In this document: positions 10,073 to 19,166 of the stretch, piece by piece | Layout: each line of letters begins with the position of its first letter | Numbering within the stretch: position 1 is the stretch's first letter | Source: a virus | Taxonomy: Duplodnaviria > Caudoviricetes | IMG/VR virus record: IMGVR_UViG_3300030109_001059 | Location: 1-56,885 of that record | Length of the DNA stretch: 56,885 bases | Direction: 5' to 3' (one strand) | Program-made: the position numbers and the translations under genes | The notes under the pieces: generated by a model | What the model was told of the DNA's origin: nothing | Database searches by the model: none | The model's input: only the letters and a program-made list of their open reading frames with translations

Positions 10073-12187
10073 ATGTTTTTGCGTTGGTTGGTAGTGTTGC
10101 TGATGGGAGGCACTATGGCTATTCCTAATATTGATTGGAATAAGTTTGAAAATTTAGCTGAAACTGACGGAGATTATAAGTTTGCGCTTGAGTTGATTAG
10201 GTCGTTTGATGCGGAAAAAGCTACGTTGGATTCTCAAAGAAGAGTTGAAAATGAGTTGCGTGATTCACGTAATCAAAATATAGAGTTAGAACGTGCGGTA
10301 ATTATGGCGCATGAAGGTTTCCGTGAAAATGCTTATTCAGATCCTTTGCGTGGCGATGATGTGCCGACTATAGGGTTTGGGTTTACTGGTGGCGTTCAAC
10401 CTGACGACACTATGGATAAAGAAACAGCTCTTGCTCGTTTAGATCAAGAAATTGAAAAACATAGAGAAATTTTATTTGCTGAACTTGCATTGAATACCGC
10501 TAGTTTGCGTAAAGGTAGTAGCGATCAAGATTATATTAATAGGTTTGGTGATGGTTGGCAGTATGATTTTATTAGTTCGGAGGCTGATGGTGAAGAATAC
10601 GCTCCGTTGCCTTCAGGTGCTACTGAACCGTATGTTGAATTAGATCAATATAGTCATGTAACTATTTACGGGTTTGAGAATAGAGAAGAGTTGTTAGCTG
10701 CTGGGCAAGAAAGGTATCAGTCTTTAGATGCGAATACGCAAGCTGCGGTTATGTCAATTACGTATAATTATGGTTCTGCTGGTGGCCCAGATTTTGTTAA
10801 AGAAATTAATAAAGCTGTAGATACTGGCGATGTTTTAGCGTTAGCTGATTATATTGATAACACAGAATATGGTTTAGCTGCTAATGATGGCGGTGCTTTG
10901 TATGGCAGGCGAAATGATGAAGCTAATCTTATAAGAACTGGAAGAAGTAAAGAGGTTGCTGCACACGCAGCTACTGGCACGTTAAAAGAATTTGGTATGG
11001 GCGATCCGTTCCAAGGTGGTAGCGCTGCTCTTCCTAAAGACACGGGTTATGTTGGAGCTACTAGATCTCGCAATCAAGGTACTGCCCGACAAAACCGCAT
11101 GTCGTCTAGGGCATTTATGGCAGATGGTTCTTTACCTCCTTCTGGGACGCAAGCTCAACCTGCTCAAGAAACAACTTTAAGTAGTAGCGGACCGTTTTTA
11201 GGAGTTCCATCTTTTGCGGATACGTTAGGAGATGCAACTGGTTTAAGTGAACAATACGGTGCGTTTGGTTTCTTTATGTATGACCGTGACATAAGAGGTG
11301 ATTTATATATCGGGCTTGATATTAATGGTAACCCTGTTGCATATAACGATCCTTCAAAATTAATGGAAGTAGACGTTGTTACTTATATAGAATCAACCAA
11401 TATAGACCCGACTACTGAAAACGCTATGCTGTACCAAATTCCGAGTTTGTTGCGTAAAACTGAATGGGGTATGGAAAATAATTCACGTATGCGTGAGTTC
11501 GATGTTGAGTATCAAAAGAAGAGTGAAGCAGATCGTTTAGAATTTTTGCAAGCAACTATAGATCAAGTAAGCGATAGCCTTAGAGGTCTTGGGTATGAGT
11601 TATCTGACCAAGAAGTTTATAATTTAGCTTATCAGTTTCAAAGATTAAATGGCCCTGTTACACAAACAAATACTGATACGTTGTATAAAACTATTTTTGC
11701 TGAAATTGAAAATAAAGAAATGGTTAATGAGTTAAATGAATTTCAAGGAATGGTAGAAAATACTTTAGTAACTGCTGGCGATTATTATTTAAATATGAAT
11801 GAAGAACAAGCTAGAGAATATGCAGAGCAGTTGCTTACTGGTGATTTAACTCAAGAAGAATTTAAACAAATGTTGCAGGATCAGGCGTATATTGCTTATC
11901 CGCATTTAGAAGAGCAAGCTACAAAATTAGGGGTGACTCCTAAGCAGTTACTTTTTAATACTGAAACATCTATTGAGAATTTGTTAGGTAAGAAAGTTGA
12001 TTTGCGTGATAGTAAATGGAATCCGGTTATAAATTATGTTGATAATTCAGGTAGCCCTAGATTGATGACTACTTGGGAAGCAGAAAATTATGTGCGTTCT
12101 ACTGGGGATTATTTAGGTAGTAACAAAGGGCAAGAAAAGATATATAGTCTTGTTGATGCTTTAGCTGATTCGTTTGGAAGGGTTTAG
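10073..12187 (+). CDS. Virion-associated protein with GH24 (phage lysozyme) domain; start may be 10115
   Basis: HEGFRENAYSD...PTIGFGFT, AVMSITYNYG and GRRNDEA match GH24 motifs; GGGAGG RBS precedes the MAIPN start. Confidence 0.7.
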   Translation: MFLRWLVVLLMGGTMAIPNIDWNKFENLAETDGDYKFALELIRSFDAEKATLDSQRRVENELRDSRNQNIELERAVIMAHEGFRENAYSDPLRGDDVPTIGFGFTGGVQPDDTMDKETALARLDQEIEKHREILFAELALNTASLRKGSSDQDYINRFGDGWQYDFISSEADGEEYAPLPSGATEPYVELDQYSHVTIYGFENREELLAAGQERYQSLDANTQAAVMSITYNYGSAGGPDFVKEINKAVDTGDVLALADYIDNTEYGLAANDGGALYGRRNDEANLIRTGRSKEVAAHAATGTLKEFGMGDPFQGGSAALPKDTGYVGATRSRNQGTARQNRMSSRAFMADGSLPPSGTQAQPAQETTLSSSGPFLGVPSFADTLGDATGLSEQYGAFGFFMYDRDIRGDLYIGLDINGNPVAYNDPSKLMEVDVVTYIESTNIDPTTENAMLYQIPSLLRKTEWGMENNSRMREFDVEYQKKSEADRLEFLQATIDQVSDSLRGLGYELSDQEVYNLAYQFQRLNGPVTQTNTDTLYKTIFAEIENKEMVNELNEFQGMVENTLVTAGDYYLNMNEEQAREYAEQLLTGDLTQEEFKQMLQDQAYIAYPHLEEQATKLGVTPKQLLFNTETSIENLLGKKVDLRDSKWNPVINYVDNSGSPRLMTTWEAENYVRSTGDYLGSNKGQEKIYSLVDALADSFGRV

Positions 12188-12189
12188 AT

Positions 12190-13155
12190 ATGGCAAATGG
12201 GCCGTTTTTAGGAGTGCCTTCGGAAGAAGAAATTAATGAGGCAATAGAACAAGAAACACAAGATAATTTGTATGTAGGGCAAAATCCTTTTATAAATCAA
12301 AATATACCAGTACCAGATACACCAGAATATAATGCAGACGAAGCATACGACATACTTGAAGACTTGTTAAATCAATATGATTTACCTTTATCTTTAGTAG
12401 ATACAATTAAAGAATGGGTTTCTTTAAATCTTTCAGTTCAGCAGATGACAATTCGGTTACGAGGAACAGATGAATATAAAGATCGGTTTGCTGGTATGGC
12501 TACTCGTAGAGAAAACGGTTTGAATCAAGTTTCAGAAGCTAGATACCTTGAATTAGAAAGTGGTTACGCTAGTGTTTTAGCTGAATTTGGTTTGCCTAAA
12601 TCTTTTTATGATTCGCCTGAAGATTTTGCGTCTTTTATAGGCAACGATGTTTCGCCTGAAGAATTTGCTACACGTACAGCGTTAGCAGCGCAAGCAGTAT
12701 CAGAAATTGATCCTAATTTAGATGAAGAGTTACGGCGGTTGTATCCAGAAATAGACGACGGAGATTTAATATCGTATTTCTTAGATCCTGATAGGGCCGT
12801 TACTTTAATGGAATTAAAACTGCAAATGACTGCTGCTGGGTTATCTTCTACAGCTAAAAGCACTTTAGGTGAAGGGTTTAGTACTGGTGTGGCTGAACAG
12901 TTAGCTAGGCAACCTGATGTGCAACCAGTTTCAGTGCGTGCTTTAGCATCTAGCGCTGGTTTAACACAGTCTACGTTAAGAAGCGAAGGCGTTTCTGTTG
13001 ATACGTTAGCTTCTTCTGCTTTTGGGTTAGACGCTGATGACGCTACTTTAGTTAGGCGTATACGTGAAAGAAGGCAACAGACGCAACAGTCTGGAGCTGG
13101 TGGTTTGTTGCAACAAACTGGTGCTTCTGGGCTAGGCGCTGCACAAATGGCTTAG
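12190..13155 (+). CDS. Hypothetical virion protein
   Basis: 321 aa, last gene before the scaffold promoter. Confidence 0.5.
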   Translation: MANGPFLGVPSEEEINEAIEQETQDNLYVGQNPFINQNIPVPDTPEYNADEAYDILEDLLNQYDLPLSLVDTIKEWVSLNLSVQQMTIRLRGTDEYKDRFAGMATRRENGLNQVSEARYLELESGYASVLAEFGLPKSFYDSPEDFASFIGNDVSPEEFATRTALAAQAVSEIDPNLDEELRRLYPEIDDGDLISYFLDPDRAVTLMELKLQMTAAGLSSTAKSTLGEGFSTGVAEQLARQPDVQPVSVRALASSAGLTQSTLRSEGVSVDTLASSAFGLDADDATLVRRIRERRQQTQQSGAGGLLQQTGASGLGAAQMA

Positions 13156-13159
13156 GTTG

Positions 13160-13188
13160 TAGACACAAACCTTAATTCTTTATATATT
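13160..13188 (+). promoter_or_regulatory. Sigma-70/SigA-type promoter upstream of the module A scaffold-capsid genes
   Basis: TAGACA-N17-TATATT in an AT-rich intergenic gap. Confidence 0.55.
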
Positions 13189-13283
13189 TATATTTGTGAT
13201 CTGCCCCATTAAGAGGGTGAGCCGTTCACACACAAAAAAAATTAACTCCGCTAACATGCCACCGTTGTTAGCGTGTACCAGAG

Positions 13284-13763
13284 GTGAGTGACATAATGGA
13301 AAATGAGTCTACAGAAACCGAAGAAGTTTCTAGTACTGAATCCAAACCAAATTGGCGTAGAGAACTTGAAGCGAAAGCTGCGAGGGCTACTGAGCTTGAA
13401 GCGCAAGTTGAGCAGATGCAACGTAAAGAAGTGTTCCGTGATGCTGGCTTAGATCCATCTAATAAGATGACTGAGTATTTCATGAAAGGCTACGAAGGCG
13501 AGCTATCTGTTCAAGCGATACAAGCTGAGGCTAACGATGCTGGGTTGTCTGCTATGACGACTACAGCTAGTATCGGCAATTTGGCAGAGCAGCAGGCGCA
13601 AGCAAATCAGTTTGAAACGGAGCGTAGAATCCAACAAGCTGGCGATGATGCTGGTCCTGTGGCAGATGCTAACCTTATTGAGTTAATTAAACAAACTAAA
13701 AACCCTGAAGAATTACGGGCAATTTGGGAATCTAATGGCGGTACTTGGAACGCAATGGTGTAA
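13284..13763 (+). CDS. Capsid scaffolding protein, module A
   Basis: Acidic coiled-coil 159 aa protein immediately before the capsid gene. Confidence 0.65.
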   Translation: MSDIMENESTETEEVSSTESKPNWRRELEAKAARATELEAQVEQMQRKEVFRDAGLDPSNKMTEYFMKGYEGELSVQAIQAEANDAGLSAMTTTASIGNLAEQQAQANQFETERRIQQAGDDAGPVADANLIELIKQTKNPEELRAIWESNGGTWNAMV

Positions 13764-13794
13764 GTAGGCTCCAAACTTAATTGGAGAAACTACA

Positions 13795-14733
13795 ATGGCA
13801 ACTACAGGAACGGGACAAGTAAGTTCCGATACCGCCGCATTTGAACAGTTAGCGTATTTCGCTCTCCGTTCACAACCTATGTTTGAGATGGTATGTGACG
13901 TAAAGTCAACTAACCAGTCTCATGCAGGTGCTAGCGTCCAATTCAACATTTATAGTGACCTTTCTCAAGCTACATCAGCTCTCACTGAAGCCAGTGACGT
14001 AACTGCTGTTGCGCTTGGTGATTCAACGGTTACTGTAACTCTTGCTGAATATGGTAACGCTGTCACCACAACCGCTAAACTCCGTGGAACCAGCTTCTTA
14101 AACGTAGACGCTGACGCTGCGAACATTATCGGTTACAACATGGCCAACAGCCTCGACAATATCGTTCACGGTATTCTTGTCGCTGGAAGCAACGTGCTGT
14201 ACGGTGGCGATGCCACAGCTACAGGAGAACTAGCAGCAGGCGATATTATGACCGCTGCTCTTGTCCGTAAAGCTGTTGCTAATGCCCGTGCTGCATCTGC
14301 ACCTACTTTTGATGGAGGCGTTTACGTTGGATTTATCCACCCTGACGTTTCCTACGATTTACGAAATGCTACTACGGTAACTGACGTAATCGCACACCAA
14401 AACCAGCAAGACGCTGGCGCTATCCGAACAGGTAGCATTGGTGTTTATGGTGGTGTTGACTTCATTGAAACCCCACGTTTGGACATTGGTACAAACGCTG
14501 GTGCTTCTAATGTTGACGAGTATGAAACCATTATCTGTGGTAAGCAAGCTATGGCAAAAGCCGTTAGCCGTGCAGCCGGATTTGGTGAAGACCCCAGTGT
14601 CGTATTTGGTCCTACAACTGATCTCCTCCGACGTTTCAACCACGTTGGCTGGTATCACCTTGTTGGGTACTCACGATTCCGTGAAGCATCCATCAGAAGG
14701 ATTGAATCTTCATCCTCAATAGGCGCTAACTAA
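13795..14733 (+). CDS. Major capsid protein, module A (N4-gp56-like)
   Basis: 312 aa; VTLAEYGNAV, YVGFIHPDVSYDL, GSIGVYGGVDFIET and DLLRRFNHVGWY motifs; GGAG RBS; followed by a terminator. Confidence 0.85.
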   Translation: MATTGTGQVSSDTAAFEQLAYFALRSQPMFEMVCDVKSTNQSHAGASVQFNIYSDLSQATSALTEASDVTAVALGDSTVTVTLAEYGNAVTTTAKLRGTSFLNVDADAANIIGYNMANSLDNIVHGILVAGSNVLYGGDATATGELAAGDIMTAALVRKAVANARAASAPTFDGGVYVGFIHPDVSYDLRNATTVTDVIAHQNQQDAGAIRTGSIGVYGGVDFIETPRLDIGTNAGASNVDEYETIICGKQAMAKAVSRAAGFGEDPSVVFGPTTDLLRRFNHVGWYHLVGYSRFREASIRRIESSSSIGAN

Positions 14734-14752
14734 TAGCTCCTAACGATAGTTT

Positions 14753-14797
14753 GGGAAGGCTAACTTTACTGGGAGGTTGGCCTTCCCTCTATCTTTT
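14753..14797 (+). terminator. Intrinsic terminator after module A capsid gene
   Basis: GGGAAGGCTAACTTT/GAGGTTGGCCTTCCC stem followed by TCTATCTTTT. Confidence 0.6.
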
Positions 14798-14905
14798 AAT
14801 GTGTTAGTATATTATTATTAACGGTTATGGAAGACGAACAAGTAGATGTGGTTATAACTGCTGAGACGATACAAGCCAGTGTTGTAACTGATAAGGAGAA
14901 CGCTG

Positions 14906-15334
14906 ATGGCTAGCGGACTTTATGGGATAACGTTCCTAAACGCTTTAAAAAATACTCTTGCGTTAGATTTAGACAGCGACACTATTAAAATAATGTTAGT
15001 TACGTCGTCGTATACGCCTGATTTTGGAGCGCACGATTTTAAAGCTGATGTAAGTAATGAAGTTTCTGGAACTAATTATACTGCTGGTGGTAATACGTTA
15101 AGTAGTTTGGCTTTGACTCAGACAGGTGGCACTATTAAGTTTGATGCTGCCGATACGTCATGGTCATCTGCGACGATTACAGACGCTAGAGGCGCTGTGA
15201 TTTATGACGATTCTTTAACTGATGATCCGCTTATTGCGTATATTGATTTTGGTGCTAATTTTTCGTCGAGTAATGGCACGTTTACAATTGCGTTTAATGC
15301 TGGTGGTATTTTCACGATTGATTTAACTCCGTAG
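14906..15334 (+). CDS. Small phage structural protein
   Basis: EVSGTNYTAGG, FDAAD, ARGAVIY and LIAYIDFG motifs recur in phage structural regions; AAGGAG RBS. Confidence 0.6.
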   Translation: MASGLYGITFLNALKNTLALDLDSDTIKIMLVTSSYTPDFGAHDFKADVSNEVSGTNYTAGGNTLSSLALTQTGGTIKFDAADTSWSSATITDARGAVIYDDSLTDDPLIAYIDFGANFSSSNGTFTIAFNAGGIFTIDLTP

Positions 15335-15342
15335 GAGGGTGA

Positions 15343-16368
15343 ATGGCTGCAACAAATTATCCAAGTAGTTTAGATAGCACAAGTAATCTTCCGAGTAGTA
15401 TTTCTGAAACTGCTAATCTTAATTCACCTAATCATGCTGATATGCATGAGGTTACGAATACGGCGATTGTTCAAATTGAGGAGAAGGTAGGTACTGGTGA
15501 TACTACTGCTTCTACTGGCGCTGTTCTTATAGGTACTGGTTCTGGGGCTTCTGCTTGGGATACGTCACCTACGTTTCTTGGCGATGTAACTGTTGGCGTT
15601 AATGATACTGGCCATGACGTTAAGTTCTTTGGTGCTTCTGCGGATCATTGGATGCTTTGGGATCAAGCGTATGATGCTTTAGTTCTAACTCAAGATAGCG
15701 GTATATATTTTTATGATAGAGGTGGCGAAAGAATTGTAGCTGCTGGTGATGGGCATTTAACTATGGATGCTGGTACTACGTTGGATTTCACAGCACCAAC
15801 GATTGATTTGAATGCTTCTACAATAGTTACTATAGATGGTGACGTTGACCTTAACGGCGCTTTAGATGTTTCTGGCACTTTAAAAGTTGCTAATGGGTCT
15901 GACAGCGCCCCTTCTTTAACGTTTGCTAGTGACCCTGATCTTGGTTTTTTTCGATCAGCAGCAAACAACATGGGTTTTAAAGCTACGTTACCTACAGTTA
16001 CAAGTTACACAACGTTACGTCGAGGAGAAGACGCTAGTGGCAGGACGTTAGTAATAGGTGCAGATAGTTCGTCAAAACGGTATAAAGAAAATATTGAAAA
16101 CTTTACCAAATCAGATTGGGAAAATGTTTACAATTTACAAGCTGTAAAGTTTAACTGGAAAGAAGAAATAAACGCACAACGTACACGATCATTTGGTTTA
16201 ATAGCAGAAGACGTAGCCGAACAAATCCCAGAACTAGGCGTTTACCGTGTTGTCGATAGTGAAGGCGACACTCCTGTCGTTGACTCAGTAAACTACGAAC
16301 AACTATGCGTGTATTTGCTTGAAGTTGTTAAAGATCTAAATAGCCGTTTAAAAACATTAGAAGGATAA
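15343..16368 (+). CDS. Tail fibre with C-terminal intramolecular chaperone (peptidase S74-like)
   Basis: SSKRYKENI...FGLIAEDV...VNYEQL plus terminal coiled coil. Confidence 0.75.
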   Translation: MAATNYPSSLDSTSNLPSSISETANLNSPNHADMHEVTNTAIVQIEEKVGTGDTTASTGAVLIGTGSGASAWDTSPTFLGDVTVGVNDTGHDVKFFGASADHWMLWDQAYDALVLTQDSGIYFYDRGGERIVAAGDGHLTMDAGTTLDFTAPTIDLNASTIVTIDGDVDLNGALDVSGTLKVANGSDSAPSLTFASDPDLGFFRSAANNMGFKATLPTVTSYTTLRRGEDASGRTLVIGADSSSKRYKENIENFTKSDWENVYNLQAVKFNWKEEINAQRTRSFGLIAEDVAEQIPELGVYRVVDSEGDTPVVDSVNYEQLCVYLLEVVKDLNSRLKTLEG

Positions 16369-16370
16369 TA

Positions 16371-16502
16371 ATGGAACTCAGCCCAGTAGAGATACTTCAA
16401 GAAGTAGAAAGACAATTTCCGCTACAACTACAAATCTGCGTACAAGCAGTACAAATCAGAAAGTTACAAGAGCCACCAGAAAATGATACCGACAACGAAT
16501 AG
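16371..16502 (+). CDS. 43-aa small protein (MELSPVEILQEVERQFPLQLQICVQAVQI...), not in ORF track
   Basis: Fills the gap between fibre and endolysin; homologous to 18520-18687. Confidence 0.6.
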   Translation: MELSPVEILQEVERQFPLQLQICVQAVQIRKLQEPPENDTDNE

Positions 16503-17208
16503 CAGTATAAATACTAAACTTCTACACCCTGAGTTTAAACGCAGGTTAGAAGCGTTTTTTGCAGATGACAGAATTTCTGGCCGTGTCAAGGTAGTATCTG
16601 CTGTACGTACTTACGCACAACAAAAATACTTGTACGACGGATACAAAAGCGGTAGGGCAGGTTTTAACCTAGCAGCTAACCCTGACCGTAAAACAGCGTC
16701 AGGCTTTCAGGGTTCGTATCACATGCAGCAACCAGCGTTTGATAACTGGGGTTATGCCGTTGACTTTAGAATTACTGGGCGTGGTATCAGTACTTCTCAA
16801 GTAAACGCTATAGCTAAATCTTATGGTATGGTTGCATACGTTAGAGGAGAGTGGTGGCATCACCAGCCTTGCAAGGTAGTTAAGGGCAAGATTCAGTGGT
16901 TTGATGCTCCGGCTTTGAAGGGAACGAAAGCTAAGAAGAAAGTTAAGCAAGACCTTAAGGGTATCGGCGCTGCGTTAGCTGAGATAGAAGATTTGATTCG
17001 ACGGCATCCGTTGAAGAAGGGTTCTAAGGGGCAGCCTGTGAAAGTAGTTCAGGGGCTTCTTGGTAATAAGGGGTTTTATCGGTACAAAGTTGATGGGGAT
17101 TTTGGAAGGCTTACGCATAAGGCTGTTGTGGAGTTTCAGAAGCGTCGTCTATTATATGTTGATGGGATTGTTGGTCCTAATACTTGGAAGGCTTTATTGA
17201 GAAAATGA
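16483..17208 (+). CDS. Endolysin: M15 (VanY-like) peptidase plus C-terminal peptidoglycan-binding domain
   Basis: SAVRTYAQQ, GSYH, GYAVD and EWWH zinc-peptidase motifs; VDGDFGRLT...FQ...VDGIVGPNTW PG-binding motif. Confidence 0.8.
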   Translation: MIPTTNSSINTKLLHPEFKRRLEAFFADDRISGRVKVVSAVRTYAQQKYLYDGYKSGRAGFNLAANPDRKTASGFQGSYHMQQPAFDNWGYAVDFRITGRGISTSQVNAIAKSYGMVAYVRGEWWHHQPCKVVKGKIQWFDAPALKGTKAKKKVKQDLKGIGAALAEIEDLIRRHPLKKGSKGQPVKVVQGLLGNKGFYRYKVDGDFGRLTHKAVVEFQKRRLLYVDGIVGPNTWKALLRK

Positions 17209-17450
17209 AAGAATATTTAGATTTACTTGAACGCTGCGGAGCGACTTTCGTACAAGCAGCAGTAGCCACGATCAGTGGTAACTCCTTCCTTGAGATGGGC
17301 GTAAGCAACTGGAAACTTGTTGTAGCTTCTGGGTTTGCTGCCGTGTTATCTGTTCTTAAAGGTTGGGCTGCTACTAAAGTTGGAGATAGTTCGTTCTCGT
17401 TGGTTGGTCGTAAGACTCAATCTGAGGAGATTCTTTACGGAGAAGAATAG
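17205..17450 (+). CDS. Holin (r1t-like), module A
   Basis: LERCGATFVQA, two hydrophobic segments, SVLK; overlaps the endolysin end. Confidence 0.65.
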   Translation: MKEYLDLLERCGATFVQAAVATISGNSFLEMGVSNWKLVVASGFAAVLSVLKGWAATKVGDSSFSLVGRKTQSEEILYGEE

Positions 17451-17459
17451 GGGTGTTGT

Positions 17460-18233
17460 ATGGCTACAAATTTCCCTAGTAGTTTAGATACTTCGACTCA
17501 GCAGCCGACAATTGCTGCGTCGGATGAGATGGATGATTCTGGTAAGGAACATGATGTTGTTCATACAAATCATTCTGGTGCGATTATTGCGTTAGAGACG
17601 AAGTTGGGTACTGGTGATTCTAATGCTGTTGCTGATGCTGTGCTTATGGGTACTGGTTCTGGTACGTCTGCGTGGGATACTTCTCCTACGTTTAAGGGTG
17701 CGTTGACTGTCGGTGTTAATGGTACTGGGCATGATGTAATTTTCTACGGAGCGACAGCCGACACTAGTTACTTTTGGTGGGACGAAAGCGACGACAGAAT
17801 GGTGGTCAGTGGGAAGGTAGAATTTGTTGGCGACGGCGCTTGGAAAACATGGACTCCAACATGGGGCAACGTATCAATCGGAAATGCGACAGTAGTTGCA
17901 CAATACGTTCAGCTCGACGAATGGGTATTCGTAAAAATGAGAGCTGTAGCAGGTAGTGGGACTGGTTATTCGTCAGGGTCTATGTCCGTGTCACTTCCAG
18001 TGGCAGCAGAGGGTAATACTAGCTACCAATGGCTAACCTGTGCGTTAGCTCCAGACGGAGGAACGCTTTATGAAGGGCCAGTTCTGACTTCAGGGTCTTC
18101 AGCGTTTCTTTGCACTGAGGTTGCAAGTAGCACTTACGCTTCTTTGACGAATGCCAACGGTGGTACAAGTGTTCCAGCAGGGTGGAACACAAGCGGAATT
18201 ATTCACATGAACGGATGGTATCGGGCAGCATGA
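17460..18233 (+). CDS. Tail fibre/receptor-binding protein containing the A/B junction
   Basis: N-half paralogous to 15343-16368; middle nearly identical to the end of the 55410 fibre; WKTWTPTW tip motif. Confidence 0.7.
   Translation: MATNFPSSLDTSTQQPTIAASDEMDDSGKEHDVVHTNHSGAIIALETKLGTGDSNAVADAVLMGTGSGTSAWDTSPTFKGALTVGVNGTGHDVIFYGATADTSYFWWDESDDRMVVSGKVEFVGDGAWKTWTPTWGNVSIGNATVVAQYVQLDEWVFVKMRAVAGSGTGYSSGSMSVSLPVAAEGNTSYQWLTCALAPDGGTLYEGPVLTSGSSAFLCTEVASSTYASLTNANGGTSVPAGWNTSGIIHMNGWYRAA
17739..17987 (+). repeat. 249-bp direct repeat, copy 1
   Basis: Matches 56637-56885 except at 17750, 17756, 17813, 17874 and 17879; last 108 bp identical. Confidence 0.95.
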
Positions 18234-18520
18234 TGATCCAAATAGGTTTAGAACCAGCACATGGAGTTTACAATTCTGGGACCGAACAGTGGGAGGATGG
18301 TACTGACGGCCCAATGAGTGACGCTCAATGGGTGGCCATGCTCAGACGAGAAAGAGATCGTCGCCTAGTAACTTCTGACTGGACTCAAACAGCAGACAGC
18401 CCATTGTCTGATTCTAAAAAAGTTGAATGGGCTTCATATAGGACAGCATTGAGAAATTTGCCTGCAACTGCTACCTTGGGAATGGTTGTAGAGTTTCCTG
18501 ACCCACCTGAAGGAGCGTAA
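18230..18520 (+). CDS. Tail fibre assembly chaperone-like protein
   Basis: LRRERDRRLVTSDWTQ...WASYRTALRNLP...FPDPP signature; ATGA overlap with the fibre. Confidence 0.8.
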   Translation: MMIQIGLEPAHGVYNSGTEQWEDGTDGPMSDAQWVAMLRRERDRRLVTSDWTQTADSPLSDSKKVEWASYRTALRNLPATATLGMVVEFPDPPEGA

Positions 18521-18687
18521 TGGAAGAACAATTACCGCAAGAAGCGATACTACAAGAAATACAAGCACGTTACCCACAGGAGTTTCTTATTTCTGTGCAA
18601 GCTGTGCGTATCTCTGCGTTGCTTAACCACATGAAAGAGTGTGAATGTGAGCATTGTAGGGCGCATGCTGGGACATTAGAGGGTTAA
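18520..18687 (+). CDS. 55-aa small protein (MEEQLPQEAILQEIQARYPQEFLISVQAVRI...CECEHC), not in ORF track
   Basis: TAATG coupling and AAGGAG RBS; homologous to 16371-16502. Confidence 0.6.
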   Translation: MEEQLPQEAILQEIQARYPQEFLISVQAVRISALLNHMKECECEHCRAHAGTLEG

Positions 18688-18693
18688 TATAGG
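18669..18693 (+). promoter_or_regulatory. Putative phage late promoter TGGGACA-N12-TATAGG (copy 1)
   Basis: One of five same-spacing copies upstream of + strand late genes. Confidence 0.65.
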
Positions 18694-18701
18694 AGGCTTT
18701 A

Positions 18702-19166
18702 ATGTCGATTACTGGTTATCAGGGGGATAATTACAAGGATTTAGTATCTGGGACTACTGGTGCTGCTGCTAGTTCGATAGCTCCTAATTTATCTACTGCT
18801 ACTGCTAACACGCAGGAAACTCTGGCTTGGAATACTTATCATAGTCAAAGGGCTTTGATGGATTGGGCTAGGCAGCAGGATCGTTCAAAACGCTCGTTTG
18901 ATTTAGGTGTTCGTAGTTTACCTGCTGCGTATAATCGGCGTGGGATGCTTGACAGCGGTCAGTATCAGCGTGGTGGGCAGCGTTTAGCGGATGCTTATGG
19001 CCGAGCTACTGGTGATTTGAGGTCTGATTTAGAGACAGTGTTACAGGGTTTGGGTTTGCAGGATTTAACTGCACAGTATGATTTAGGAGAGTTGCGCCAG
19101 ATGGTGGGTACAGATAGGTTTCAGCAGGTTGTTGCGAATGCTTTGCGTAGTCAGGGGATGGCATAA
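18702..19166 (+). CDS. Putative internal virion protein
   Basis: 154 aa, A/Q/G-rich, RRGMLDSG motif; AGGAGG RBS. Confidence 0.55.
   Translation: MSITGYQGDNYKDLVSGTTGAAASSIAPNLSTATANTQETLAWNTYHSQRALMDWARQQDRSKRSFDLGVRSLPAAYNRRGMLDSGQYQRGGQRLADAYGRATGDLRSDLETVLQGLGLQDLTAQYDLGELRQMVGTDRFQQVVANALRSQGMA

Noticed and set aside
14827-14913. 28-aa ORF MEDEQVDVVITAETIQASVVTDKENADG before the 14906 gene
   Set aside because: Plausible but with no clear RBS or recognisable motif, so not called.
17739-17987. Diversity-generating retroelement TR/VR pair in the fibre tip
   Set aside because: Differences are not adenine-specific in one copy (A/G, A/T, G/A, T/A, C/T), most are synonymous, and no reverse transcriptase is present.
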